A stretch of DNA of 64,000 nt from Mobula hypostoma (Eukaryota): positions 65,412,001-65,476,000 of the forward strand of contig NC_086097.1 of assembly GCF_963921235.1 (NCBI RefSeq), in the 5' to 3' direction. A program made the translations under genes and the position numbers. Numbering within the stretch: position 1 is the first letter of the stretch; every line of letters starts with the position of its first letter. Below, in pieces: positions 51,401-64,000 of this stretch. The notes beneath the pieces are model-generated. The model was not told the DNA's origin and searched no databases. It saw nothing but the letters and a program-made list of their open reading frames with translations.

Positions 51401-53220
51401 CTCCCTTCCTGCTCCTGACTTCCACACATATTGACTCAAAAGAGGATCCTGCTACATTACCCACCCTTTCTGTAGCTGTAATAGTACCCCTGACCAGTAA
51501 TGCCACCCCTCCTCCCCTTTTTCCTCTGTCTATCCCTTTTAAAGCACTGAAATCCAGGAATATTGAGAATCCATTCCTGCTCTGGTGCCAGCCAAGTCTC
51601 TGTAATGGCCACTACATCATAATTTCATGTATGTATCCAAGCTCTCAGTTCATTATCTTTGTTCCTGATGCTTCTTACATTGAGGTACACACACTTCAGC
51701 CCTTCTGCCTTACTACTTTTACACCATTTATTCTGCTTCTCTTTCCTCAAAGCCTCTCTATATTTATTTCCACTATTTGCCTCCTGCCAATCAGCCACTG
51801 CTTTATCCATGCTAGCATCTTTCCGGCAATACCATGGGCTCTCAACTTGTTAAGTAGCCTCATTTGTGGCACCGTGTCAACGGCCTTCTGAAACTCTAAG
51901 ATCACAACATCCATTTATTCTCCTTTGTCTGAACTGATTGTCATTTCTTCAAAGAATTCCAACAGATTTGCCAGGCATGACTTTCCCTTAAGGAAACCTT
52001 ACTGACTTTAGCCTGTTTTATCATATTTCTCCAAGTACCCCAAGTTGACACCCTTAATAGTCAACTTCAACATTTTCCATCCACTGAGGTCAAGCTAACT
52101 GGCTTATAATTTCCTTTCTTCTGCCTCTCTCTTTTTTTGAATTGTGGAGTGACATTTACAATTTTTCAATCCTGTGGAACAATGCCACAATCTGTTGATT
52201 CTTGAAAGATCATTACTAATACCGCCACAATTTCTTCAGCCACCTCTTTCAGAACCCTGGGATGTAGGCCAGGTGATTTAACTACCTTCAGACTTTTTAA
52301 TTTCCCAAGCACTTTCTCCCTAGTAATTGCAACTTCATTCACTTCTGTCCCCCGCCCCCCGACAATTTTGAACTTCTGGCATACTGCTAATGACTTCCAC
52401 AGTGAAGACTGATGCAAAAAACATATTCAGTTCATCTGTTATTTCCTTGTTCCTCATTACTACCTCTCCAGCATCATTTTCCAGCAATCTGATGTTTATT
52501 CCTGCCTCTCTTTTACTTTTTATATATCTGAAGAGACTGTTGGCATCCTCTTCAATATTATTGGCTAGCTTACCATCAAATTCCATCTTTTCCCAGTAAC
52601 TTTTGCTCTATTTTATGCTCTCTCTTTGGTTTTTATGCTGGCTTTGACATTCTTTGTCAGCCACAGTTACATCATCCTGCCTTTAGAATATTTCTTCTTC
52701 TTTGGGATGTATCTATCCTATGCCTTTTAAATTCCTCCCAGAAACTCCACCCACTGGTGCTCTACCATCATCCCTGCTATAGTTCCTGGCCAATCAATTT
52801 TGGCCAGCTTGTCTCCCACGCCTCTGTAATTCTCTCTCTTCCATTGTAATCTGACTTTAGCTTTTCCCTCTCAAAATGCAGGGTGAATTCTATCATATTA
52901 TGATCACTGGCTCATCAAACTTCCTTTGTCTTAAACTCTCTAGTCAATTCCAGTTTCTTGCACAACACTCAATCTAGAATAGTTGATCCCCTTGTGGGCT
53001 CAACCACAAGCTGCTCTAAAATGCCATCTCATAGACATTCCACAAATCCCCCTCTTGGGATCTGGCACCATCCTGATTTTGACACATTGAAATACCCCGT
53101 GACTATCGTAGGATTGCCTTTTTGACATGCAATTTCTATCTCCCATTGTTATTTGCAGCCCACATCATTGCTACTGTTGGGAGATCTGTATACAATTCCC
53201 ATCAGGGTCCTTTCACCCTT
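48410..53220 (-). mobile_element. Older CR1 LINE (segments 48410-48855 and 51763-53220), split by a younger CR1
   Basis: Sequence is continuous across the insert (...AAAAGGTTCCGTTT|ATTTCCACTATTTGCC...); remnants KSPG.LHPRVLKEVAEEI, FRYIKSKR, GIVYRSPNS. Confidence 0.85.
48856..51762 (-). mobile_element. Young CR1 LINE, nearly whole ORF2 (APE endonuclease plus RT), frameshifted
   Basis: CVYLNVRSIRNK, LGVFYRPP, MGDFNFPNI, NYRPVSLTSVVGKLLE, DFSKAFDKVPH, GVPQESVLGP, KFADETK; TTCTA-repeat tail; possible TTTA TSD. Confidence 0.95.
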
Positions 53221-53792
53221 TTTAATTCCACATCCCATTCCCATTCTGACATGTCTATCCACGGCTTCCTCTACTGTAAAGATGAAGCCACACTCAGGTT
53301 GGAGGAACAACACCTTATATTCCGTCTGGGTAGCCTCCAACCTGATGGCATGAACATTGACTTCTCTAACTTCTGCTAATGCCCCACCTCCCCCACGTAC
53401 CCCAGCCATTATTTATTTATATACACACATTCTTTCTCTCTCTCTCCTTTTTCTCCTCTGTCCCTCTCACTATACCCCTCCCCCCACTTCCTTCTCCCTG
53501 GGCCTCCTGTCCCATGATCCTCTCATATCCCTTTTGCCAATCACCTGTCCAGCTCTTGGCTCCATCCCTCCCCCTCTGTCTTCTCCTATCATTTTGGATC
53601 TCCCACTCCCCCTCCCACTCTTAAATCTTTTACTAGCTGTTTCTTCAGTTAGTCCTGATGAAGGGTCTCGGCCTGAAACATCGACTGTACCTCTTCCTAG
53701 AGATGCTGCCTAGCCTGCTGCGTTCACCAGCAACTTTGAGGTGTGTTGGTTGAATTTCCAGCATCTGCAGAATTCCTACTGTTTGCGTTTTT
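53221..53792 (+). mobile_element. Penelope 3' fragment (endonuclease C-terminus plus pLTR), same family as 991-3428
   Basis: FNSTSHSHSDMSIHG...GSLQPDGMNIDFSNF followed by the full pLTR; no TSD seen. Confidence 0.93.
53651..53686 (+). ncRNA. Hammerhead ribozyme, CpG-decayed (stem III ACAT)
   Basis: AGTC-CTGATGA-AGGGTCTCGGCCT-GAAA-CA-TC-GACT. Confidence 0.7.
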
Positions 53793-54364
53793 AAATACTC
53801 TATTTTCAGCCCTATCATGCTGGATCCCATTGTTAGAGTAATTTTTGGGTTTAGGTCATTAACACTTAGTACTGTAAATGGCTTCAGCCACCAGTCTTCT
53901 GTTCCTTGACAATGCATTTCCTAAAAGCTATGAATACCGGAATACCAGTCCAGACGCTGCTGGTGAGAAGGTGTGAGGTTTGCATGCAGTTTCGAAGACA
54001 GCATTATCCATACTTTGTAAATATGGATTGCCCTTCATGTTAAGCACGTAACAAATAAATGTATTGTGGATTCAGTTTGGAAACTGAATACCAGTCCTGA
54101 TACTGCTGGCGCCGATGTGATGGATATAATCGGGAGGTGTGAAGTTTGTATGTAGCTTCAAAAGAAAGCATTGTCTATACTTTGTAAATATGGACTTGTC
54201 CTTTGTGTGTGAAGCAAGTAAATATCAAGCCTCACATTGGGCAGCAGACCTTTCCACCGAAAGGGTCTCCGTATGCCTGCTGTACCTCGTTTTGTCGAAT
54301 AAAAAAGCTGCTTTGTACCCACCAGTAACTCTCCCTCCAGTGATTTCATTCATGCAACAACACC

Positions 54365-56250
54365 ATCCCCTGCCAAATTAGTTTAAACTCTCCCAAACAG
54401 CTCTAGCAAACCTGCCCACAAGGTTATTGGTCACTCTTGGGTTCAGATGTAACCTGTCCCATTTGTATATGCTGTACCTTCCCCAGAAAAGATTCCAATC
54501 ACCCAGAAATCTGAACCCCTGCTCCATGGATCAGTTCCTCAGCCATGCATTTATCTGTCAAATGTTCCTGTTCTTACCCTCACTGGCATGTGGCATAGCA
54601 GTAATCCAGAAATTACTACTTTTTAGCTTTCTACCCAGCTCCCTAAAGTCTCTCTTCAGCACCTCCTCAGCTTTCCTACCTACGTCACTAGTGCAAATAT
54701 GTATCAAGACTTCGGGCTGCTCACCTTTCCTCTTTAGAAACCGTTGACCCGATTCCAGACATCCCTGACTCTGGTACCTGGAAGCGACAAATCATCCAAG
54801 TGTCTCTATATCATGTTCACAGAATCTCATCTCTATTCCTCAAACTAAAGTATCTCTTATTACTACTGTAGTCCTTTTCACTTCTCATCACTTCTGAGCC
54901 ACAGTGCCAGACACTGCCTGAGATCTAGCCACCGCAGCTCCCCGCTGGTAGGTTGTCCCCATCAGCAGTATCCAAAATGGTGTACTTACTATTAAGGGGA
55001 ACGGCCCGAGGAGTACTCCATACTGGCTGCCTGTTTCCCTTTCTTAGTCATAGTCATACTTTATTGATCCCGGGGGAAAGTGGTTTTCGTTACAGTTGCA
55101 CCATAAATAATAAATAGTAATAGAACCATAAATAGTTAAAGAGTAATATGTAAATTATGCTAGTAAATTATGAAATAAGTCCAGGACCAGCCTATTGGCT
55201 CAGGGTGTCTGACCCTCCAAGGGAGGAGTTGTAAAGTTTGATGGCCCCAGGCAGGAATGACTTCCTATAACCCCCTGTGCTGCATCTCATAGGAATGAGT
55301 CTCTGGCTGAATGTACTCCTGTGCCCACCCAGGACATTATGTAGTGGATGGGAGACATTGACCAAGATGGCATGCAACTTAGACAGCATCCTCTTTTTCA
55401 GACACCACCGTGGGAGAGTCCAGTTCCATCCCCACAACATCACTGGCCTTACGAACGAGTTTGATGATTCTGTTGGTGTCTGCTACCCTCACCCTGCTGC
55501 CCCAGCACACAACAGCAAACATGATAGCACTGGTCACCACAGACTCATAGAACATCCTCAGCATCGGCCGGCAGATGTTAAAGGACCTCGGTCTCCTCAG
55601 GAAATAGAGACAGCTCTGACCCTTCTTGTAGACAACCTTAGTGTTCTTTGACCAGTCCAGTTTATTGTCAATTCGTATCCCCAGGTATTTGTAATCCTCC
55701 ACCATGTCCACACTGACCCCCTGGATGGAAACAGGGGTCACCAGTACCTTCGCTCTCCTCAGGTCTACCACCAGCTCCTTAGTCTTTTTCACATTAGGCT
55801 GCAGATAATTCCACTTGCACCATGTGACAAAGTTTCCTACTGTAGCCCTGTAGTCAGCCTCATCTCCCTTGCTGATGCATCCAACTATGGCAGAGTCATC
55901 CGAAAACTTCTGAAGATGACAAGACTCTGTGCAGTAGTTGAAGTCCGAGGTGTAATGGTGAAGAGAAAGGGAGACAAGACGGTCCCCAGTGGAGCCCCAG
56001 TGCTGCTGATCACTCTGTCGGACACACTGTGTTGCAAGCACACGTACTGTGGTCTGCCAGTCAGGTAATCAAGAATCCATGATACCAGTATCATCTTTTG
56101 ACAGTAACCCAGTTATTTGCCTCCTGCAACCTAGGGGTGACAACCTCCCTGTAGTTCCTATCTATCACTTCCTCAGTCTCTGGTATGAGCCAAAGGCCAT
56201 CAAGCTGCAGCTCCAGTTCCTTAACATTTTCTCTGAGGAGCTGCAGTTTG
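54365..56250 (-). mobile_element. Decayed CR1 5'/ORF1 region (54365-55044 and about 56090-56250), interrupted by a Rex1/Babar LINE
   Basis: Continuity ...CTGTTTCCCTT|...TGACAGTAACCCAG; sequence resembles the CR1 ORF1 region. Confidence 0.65.
55045..56088 (-). mobile_element. Rex1/Babar-type LINE 3' part (relatively young)
   Basis: WILDYLTGRPQYV, HLQKFSDDSAIVG, YKYLGIRIDNKLDWS, KKGQSCLYFLRR; (ATGACT)n tail. Confidence 0.92.
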
Positions 56251-56257
56251 AAATAAA

Positions 56258-56608
56258 AGGAGGTGTAAGGCGCTCCTTCCCTCCACTAGCCTGCAGGTCA
56301 CCATTGGGCAAGGTGTAGCACCTGCTTAGCAACCACCCACCCCCCGCCACCATCAGGGTCACGAAGCCAAGGGAGCAGGTGGTGCATGGTCATATGAGCA
56401 GCTGGTACATATCACAAGTCCTGATTATGTGACCACTGATGACAGAAAATCTCTGAAGAGTACTGATAATGACTGGGGTCATTTGTCTGATAAAGATACT
56501 GCCTAGAAGAAGGCAATGACAAACAGCTTCAGTAGAAAAATTTGCCAAAACAATCATGGTAATGGGACCATGATCACCCATGTCATAGGACATGCCACAT
56601 AATGATGC
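56258..56608 (+). mobile_element. RTE-related non-autonomous element (SINE-like)
   Basis: AGAAGAAGGCAATGACAAACAGCTTCAGTAGAAAAATTTGCC resembles the Bov-A/RTE 5'UTR motif GAAGGCAATGGCAAACCACT; ATGATG tail. Confidence 0.55.
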
Positions 56609-56907
56609 AATAATTACATTAGACTTAAAATGAACACATTCAAAAATATTTTGTACGTTTGTTTAAATAATTTAAAAGTATCCACAGAAGTAAGGTAATA
56701 ATTTGTGCAAATGGATTTTACATTCAACATCATGATTGCTCTGTTATATTTGAGGAGTAGACAATGCAGCAGAACCAATAATTATGGAGGCCTGCAACCT
56801 CTAAGTACCTTAGCAAATGCAGTAATGCGAATGAGACCAAATGAAGTTACTGCTTCTTAACTTTTACAGTATTTTAGCTCCTATGAACAAATTAATTTAT
56901 ACAAGTA

Positions 56908-57225
56908 CAGTGGCCCAGTGGTAAAGTTACTTTGATTGGACTGTGACCCAGATATTGAGTTCATATCCAGCCATGTCAGATGCGTAGCTAAATACAAGTA
57001 TTAAATACAATCTGGAATCAAAATCTAGTGTCAGAAATCATGAATATCATAACTTGTCTGGTTCCTGAAAATCTTTCACGGAATAAATCTACTTTCAATA
57101 CTCAAACTGATAGTATATGACTCCAAACCTTCTAATGCAGTTAACTCTGAAGTGCGCACTAAAATGACCTCGAAAGCTGTTTTAGATGGCACGTAAATGA
57201 TGGTTTTGCATGCCTTGTCTTCAAC
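56908..57225 (+). mobile_element. Decayed tRNA-derived SINE (elasmobranch type)
   Basis: A box GTGGCCCAGTGG, B box GAGTTCATATCC, body ATCTGGAAT...CTGGTTC...TGACTCCA. Confidence 0.55.
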
Positions 57226-58240
57226 TTGTGATTGAAAATTTGAAAATTTCTAGTTTGCATACCAGTTCCATCATGATTTGTGCAAGATAATTTGGAAATA
57301 ATCATTGTACCTAAGTTGTGCGAGTTTTAAATATACAGTGCAATGACAATCATACGCATATACGTTTTCATGTGAAGACTAATCACATATCATTAATATA
57401 TTTACTCCAACAACATATGTTACTATATTCTGAAGATAACACACCCCAAATTGCAAAGAGCAGATTGGACCATGTTCTTACTGGAATTATTTAAACACAG
57501 CTTTAACTAGGATGTGTTGTAATGAACACCTGCATCATCATTTAGTTGCAATCCAGCAAAAAACATTTGTGAAAACACTCAATTAGCATGAATGAATTAG
57601 TATGAATTGTAAAGAGTACAAAATATACAAAGAGAACATCACTGACTGCGTTTACAGGAACACACTTGATACATTTATTGAGGTGTTTGCCTCTTACATG
57701 CAGCACCCCAGATATTTCTTGCGCAATGGATTCAAACTTACCTATATTTAAATTGTACCTGTGTCTAAGATAGCCAATTCCTTTGTTGGACAGCATCATA
57801 ACCAGTAAAGGGTAAGAAGACAAAGGTGGAACCAAGTGATACTGCAACTTGCTTCATGATAACAAAGCGGGCATCAGAAAACAACCATCTGCTGTCAGAT
57901 TCAACATAAGAGGATCAAGCAAATCTTGGGTCAAATCTCCAAGGAGACCACTGTGATACAGGAATTTTTCCTGGGGAGTGTGATTAGAGATTCTGTCAAC
58001 TACACTGCATACAAAATTGTCATTGCCAGGGATGTGTATTTATGCTCTGAAAAACAAGGTTCTATGCACAAATAAAAAGTTCTCATCCATCAGTGAGCAT
58101 CAGAAATGCTATATCCACTTGCTAGGTTTAAACAGGACTTATTATACCCAAACAACCCAAACTGATTATCAAATACCTCACACTGAAGATGGAAATCAAT
58201 CCTTCATATGCAAGTAAATTGCTTCATACTGTTAAATAGA

Positions 58241-58461
58241 AGAAGAAGAAGAAAGCCCTTAACTCCAAGTGGAGTCATTGGGGACGCTGTCATTTTACGG
58301 CATTTTTTTAAGTAGGCTTTCTTATTTTTAACCAGGCCGTTTCTAGCTCGATGCTCAACTCAGCACAGGTGGAAAGCATGCAAGGGAGCCGGCTGGATTC
58401 GAACTCCGGAGCCTTTGTTCTGAAGTCTGGTTCTGATGCCACGACAACACCAGCCAACACT
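58241..58461 (-). mobile_element. tRNA-derived SINE with (TTC)n tail
   Basis: Perfect 14-bp TSD TACTGTTAAATAGA (58227-58240 / 58462-58475); B box GAGTTCGAATCC on minus. Confidence 0.88.
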
Positions 58462-60677
58462 TACTGTTAAATAGAGGTGCAAAAAGACCTTTGCATTGTT
58501 GTACTAGTTGAGCCTGTGTTATGAAATACATTGCACAGCAGACTTTAACCATCACGTTCATGCTTACAACAGAAAACAAAATGCAGTCAACTATATGATA
58601 CAGTATAATTTACATATTGAGTAAGTGACATTCAAATTCCCTAGAAGGCATTAATAGAAGTAATCAATCACCATATATATAAGTTAACACGACCACACAA
58701 AATCTTACAACAAGTCCACCCTAATGAATATGTGTGCAAACCAACATCTAATCCCAAAATTTGTTTCCCAATTGACTGTGCAATGTATCCAAATGGATAC
58801 TATTACCAAGTTATGCCCTGCCCAGGGAACCATCACAATGTAACCATTTGGTCATATATAATTTTTGGCCAGTAAAGATGAGGGTATAAAATTTGATAAT
58901 ATTAAACCTCAATCCCTTTCTTTTGCAATATTCTACATAAATCTTCACGTTATTTCATAAATTTGTTTATCTGAATGTGACCTTCCTTCAAGCAACTACA
59001 CAGTGCAATAATTTAAGAGAATAAAGCAAAATTAATAAAAAATGTTGCTAAGTTCCAAATGACTGATGTTTGTATGTCTTAGCTTCAGGATTTATCAGAA
59101 AATTTAATAGTCAATCTACGAAAACTATCAGAATTCACATTGTGAACAATTATCTTTATAATGCAGCAAAATGTATTTCTATTTCAAAGTGTATATAATT
59201 TGACGGATAAAGTTGCTGAGGGAACTTCAGTCTGTATTCACATTTCTAAAATCAGGCAAGTTTTTCAGCAAGTGTATATTGAAGTGAGTTATAGGTATTA
59301 TTATACTACAAAAATTAGGTTCAAAATATTTTAAATCCCCAGCCTCCATATAATTCCTTAGCTGCTAATTTTCTACCTGTTGCAGCTGAAAAATCAGTAG
59401 GAAATTGTGGAAAATTGCATGGTGCAGAGATCATCCACTCATCGTCACATCACAAGTCAAACAGTTTCTGCTTGGGGCCTGTTTGGCCCTCATCCTCTTA
59501 TTCCCCCCCCCCCCCCACCCTCCATCTTTACCATGTACAGAAATCATTGCACCTATCTACTCAACTTATCAAGTTAAATTATTATTTTGACTGCCAGATA
59601 GAAACAAGTATTTAACAAATATAGAATAGTTTTTAAAAAGAAACTGATTGGAGTATCCTTTATTTTGTTAACTTTGTGAAGTTAGGTGACAAAGTAAAAA
59701 CAAATCTGGAACAAGTGATCAAAATAATGTCAAATTATTTCACAGTACAAAATAGTGGCCAAAATGTTTAGAAGTCTCTATGTGATGTTGTTTAAAGTTC
59801 ATCATTTGGATGAATTTTGTTTTGTTGCTTTCTGATTAGAAAGAGGAAAATGTATGAACAAGGACAATAATTCAACAAAAAATATTTTAAAAGCATGTTT
59901 AATTTTTGCCCAAGTTTCTGAATGCTAAATACTGATCCCTTAATCTATGCAATTTTAAAAGCAATTTTCCTTCCATGCAGAATTTCTTAAGGTACAAATC
60001 ATTGCAAATTATTTGTTGAGATGTTTTATTGGGTGAAAAGATATTCAATGCAATGTAGTGGGCCTGTTCATGTAATATTAAGATATATCTCCTTTACTGG
60101 CAATGATAAAGTACAGGATATTGCTATTAGTCAAATCCATATGTGAGCTACCATAGGATATATGCAGCAAGCAATTTAATTGAGCAATAATAAATGAGGA
60201 GTGTAGTTACAGTGGAATTTAGCACTCAGAGAATTTGGGCAGAAAGGAAACCCAATGTAGTAATATATATTAATACAATTATTAGCATTTTTGCTTAGTC
60301 AAGGCAATGACTTCCAGTTTGGATAATACACCTGAAAAAACATTAGCTTTATCCTAAGATTAAATGAACAAAAAATCTGCTACAAGTTATATTTTAATCC
60401 TTTCAAAACGCAAAAACATAAAATATAAAAAGAATCCTGTTGGAATATTCCAAGAACAAAACAGCACAAATCAGTGGGCTTACTTTCAAAGAGAACAGAA
60501 CTGAGAAATGCAAGCTCCAAACTAGGAGAAAATCTACAAGACCTATAAAATAAAAATGGAATGTTTTCTACCACTGAAAAACAAAAGCCTTCTTTCCATA
60601 AAGTTATCTGCAAAAATGTTTAAAGCATTGTATTCATGTGAATCATTGTATTTCTTCCTAATATAGAACTCAGTAAA

Positions 60678-61350
60678 ATATCTGGTGCTGCTGATGCAGC
60701 TTCCTCTACATCGGTGAGACCCAACGTAAATTGTGGGACCGCTTTGTTGAGGACCTTTGCTCCATCCACCAAAAGCAGAAATTTCCAGTTGCCAAACATT
60801 TTAATCCCTATCCCCATCCCCATTCCCATTCCAACATGTTGGTCCATGGCCTCCTCTCTTGCCACAAAGAGGCCACTTCTGAGGGTGGAGGAACACCTCG
60901 TATTCCATCTACGTAGCCTCCAACCTGATGGTATGAACATCGAATTCTCTTTTGGGTTTTTCCCCTCCCCCTTCCCTCTTCTTTCATTCCCCACTCTGGC
61001 TTCTTACCTCTTTTCCGCACCTGCCCATCACCCTCCCCTTGGAGGCCCTCCTTCCTTACTTTCCCCTATGGTCCACTCTCCTCTCCTATCAGATTCCTCC
61101 TTCTCCAGCCCTTTACCTTTACCATCCATCTGACTTCTCTGATCACTAGTCCTCCTCCTCATCCTCACCCCAACATTTTTTTCTAGCATCTTCCCTCTTC
61201 CTTTTCAGTCCTGAAGAAATATCTTGGCCAGAAACGTCAGTTGTTTATTCATTTCCATAGAATGATGCTGCCTGACCTGCTGAGTTCCTCCAGCATTTTG
61301 TGTGTATTGCTCTGGACTTCCAGCATCTGCAGAATCTCCTGCATTTATGA
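60678..61350 (+). mobile_element. Older Penelope 3' fragment (GIY-YIG plus pLTR, decayed hammerhead near 61206-61240)
   Basis: LYIGET, VAKHFN, EEHLVFHLRSLQPDGMNIEFS; CAGTCCTGAAGA...GAAACGTC; terminus TTCCAGCATCTGCAGAATC. Confidence 0.88.
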
Positions 61351-64000
61351 TTAACTGCAAAACATTTAACATTAACAGATACAAAATAAAGACCTAATTT
61401 TATCTTTAAACTGTTTTCTTTTATACTAAATTAATACAGGACGAAGTAATGAACTCTTCAGACCTATTTCTCAGTGTAATCTGCTCTTATCATTGTATAC
61501 ATTTGCTTTCCCCTGCCAGTGCACATTAATGCATAAGTAAATATTAATTTTGTCTCTCACATATTTTTGCTCATCATTCTAGCTTTTCCTACAGGTTACA
61601 AAATGCTGAAGCTGTATAGGTAATGATGAGTAAAATAGCACTCTTAAACAAACTACAAATACAATTGAAATTAAAATAAATAGCTCATATCCCATTTACG
61701 TTACCACATCCATCGATAATGGCCTGGAAACATATGCAGAATAATGCTACAGCTTTCTGAGGCTAATCATAACTGTTTTTTTTTTGCTCAGTGGCAAATA
61801 TACCCTCACTCATCCAAGCCTAATACAAGTGTTCATTAAACACCAAAAACACTTGGGTTGACTTCACTCCCATGCATTGTTGCCAGAAGTTTATTCTGCC
61901 ACAGCTTCCTGTAATGTTTAGTCCACATTTTCCTCCTCACACTCAGTTACTTTTCATCATATTTTTTCTGTCTTTTTGGCCACATAAATATCATGTGACA
62001 ATGGCCCAGTCAGTCAGGTTACTGCACATCTCTTCACATTAAGGTTCAACTCATTTGCCTGGGATGCAATTAAACCATTTGTATAAATGTTTAGGGTTAA
62101 CTGCAGAAACCGTGTAGGTCCATGAGTATGCATGGACTGATGCTCATCTAGCAGGCAATAGGAATTCAGTTGCTGAGGAAACAACATGTTCCTGATTATG
62201 GCTGCTTGAGTGCTGCAATCACACTTGTACCTTCCTACCAGACACAGACAAGGGTTAGGACTTCTGCACAGATGTCTACTTTTTATTCTTATGCTACAGG
62301 ATCTACCAAAGTGCAAAATGGATTCAAAAGCTTTGACATTAATTTTTTGGAACTAAGCATCATTATCAAAGGTTCATAATGCTTGAGCTGGAAATGGTTA
62401 GGAACCATCTTAAACTGTAACAGTTCTTGACACTAAGTTATTCTTATAACGATGTTTTGTGGGGAGTTTCAAGATTTTAAACTAGCAACAATGAGTAAAC
62501 TGTCAGTATAGTTACAATATGAAGGGGGAACTTGTATTTATTGATTTATCAATTATCCTGCAGCCTTTGGCCTTCTAGGACGCAGATGTGACAGATTTGG
62601 GGCTTGCTGTTACTGAAATAATGTCAATTTATTGGATTACATTTGGTTGATGCTGTAGCTGTGGTTTTTCATGGATGGAAAGAAGTGAGAGCTCCAAGAG
62701 TTTCAGTCAGTGTGATAGGGCAGTGATTGAAATATACTCCCGTAAATGCTGCACTGAAATTCTGTGGATTAGGTAACCACATCTGCAAAACAAAGTATCA
62801 TCAACATCTCTGGGATGACATGCCCAGAACTGAATATGAAACTCCTCCGCCCCATCAGAAAAAGTAACACTTTTATGTGCATAATAGCAAATAATGATTT
62901 TTTTTTAAAGAGAAAACTAGATGATAGGAAACAAATTCACTTCAGATCAGGTTGTGAACTTGTCTTCAGATTTGATGATACATACTATAATTCTGGAAAA
63001 TGAACACATACCCACTGAATGTTAAAAATGCATGAATTTACAGTGCTGTAAGCATTCCTTTTGCTTCTGCAGTTCTTGTTTCAATATTTCATATAAACGG
63101 AAGAAATGGTGTTTTCTATCTGAATGTTAAACATCATCAGCACAGAGCTTCCTGAATGCTATAGCAGCAAAATTACAAGAGCCAGTGAAGACTTTTTGAT
63201 CCTTATCTCCACCTACAGGAACATTTTAAAAATACAGACAGTATTGTCTAATTTATTTTCATTTTTCTTAACGTTCACATCACTGAAAAATTACTTCTGA
63301 CTGCATTCATTGTAAGTATCTCACCCTCAAGGCATAACTGATTAAGGGGCAAGTGTATTAAAAAACACTTAATAGTTTAACAAAAAAAAGAAAAGTTACA
63401 ATACCAAGTTTAGTACTCTCACATTGAAGTAAACTGCCCAGAATTTCTACAGTCCTGACTTTCCACGCAAAGCTGTAATAACACTTTTGATTCTTTCAGG
63501 CTGTCCTGCGGATTGCTTTTACACCTGTTTTAAGGAATGAAGGATGTGTGTGAAGCTGTTTAATATGGAATGACACCAACTACCACTTAGTTTTGTGCAA
63601 GCAGATGCAAAACTGGAGACCAGATTCTGCTGCAGTTAGTGAACATATATACATAGATATATGCCATCCCAAAACACCTACAGATACCTTCTGACCATCC
63701 ATACATGGAAAGAAGACATCATCCTGCCCACAAACTTGCACTCACTTCATATGAAGATGCTCTTATCTTAAAGGTGGAAAATTCCATTGCAAATTGAAAT
63801 TACTTTTAAATTTAAAAAATGATAATACTTCTGTAAAATGTGTATGTTTTTGCAATTCATTAACTTCTAATGAGGCTATTTTACAAAAGGACAGCAAATT
63901 TACATTTTGCCCATTTTTAGAAAACAGCAACAAGTAAAGCAAATGGGAATAACTTTCAAATTAAGCTATCAAAATACTACTGAAGCTGTTTTATTGCCAA

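Noticed and set aside
48856..51762. Active CR1
   Set aside because: ORF2 is broken into many frames, has FADE in place of FADD, and lacks ORF1 and the 5'UTR.
56268..56330. Ribozyme in the head of the RTE-related element
   Set aside because: Stems exist (GCAGGT/ACCTGC, CACC/GGTG) but I could not fit a hammerhead, HDV or twister core.
58370..58461. tRNA gene
   Set aside because: The B box belongs to a TSD-flanked SINE head; no intact cloverleaf. The same applies at 40426 and 56908.

Overview
AT-rich vertebrate genomic DNA, intergenic or deep-intronic. The repeat content (HE1/V-SINE, Deu-SINE, many CR1 and Rex1/Babar LINEs, Neptune-type Penelope elements) points to a cartilaginous fish, probably a ray; this is inference. 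No intact protein-coding gene is recognisable: the longer ORFs are retroelement fragments or their antisense shadows, and only a few weak minus-strand exon candidates exist. The main signal is a young Penelope-like (Neptune) family whose pseudo-LTR carries a minimal type I hammerhead ribozyme (AGTC-CTGACGA-AGG/CCT-GAAA-CG-TC-GACT). It occurs as a 2.4 kb rearranged copy with inverted pLTRs and a 13-bp TSD, a 221-bp fold-back element with the catalytic core in its hairpin loop, a 95-bp ribozyme-plus-tail insertion with a 14-bp TSD, and a 3' fragment. Also present are a BovB-like RTE with TSD, a Gypsy-type solo LTR, Tc1- and Tigger-like non-autonomous DNA transposons, nested LINEs, several SINEs, and a TSD-flanked non-coding retroelement with a highly structured 5' end. 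Coordinates were read by eye; boundaries of old repeats are approximate.
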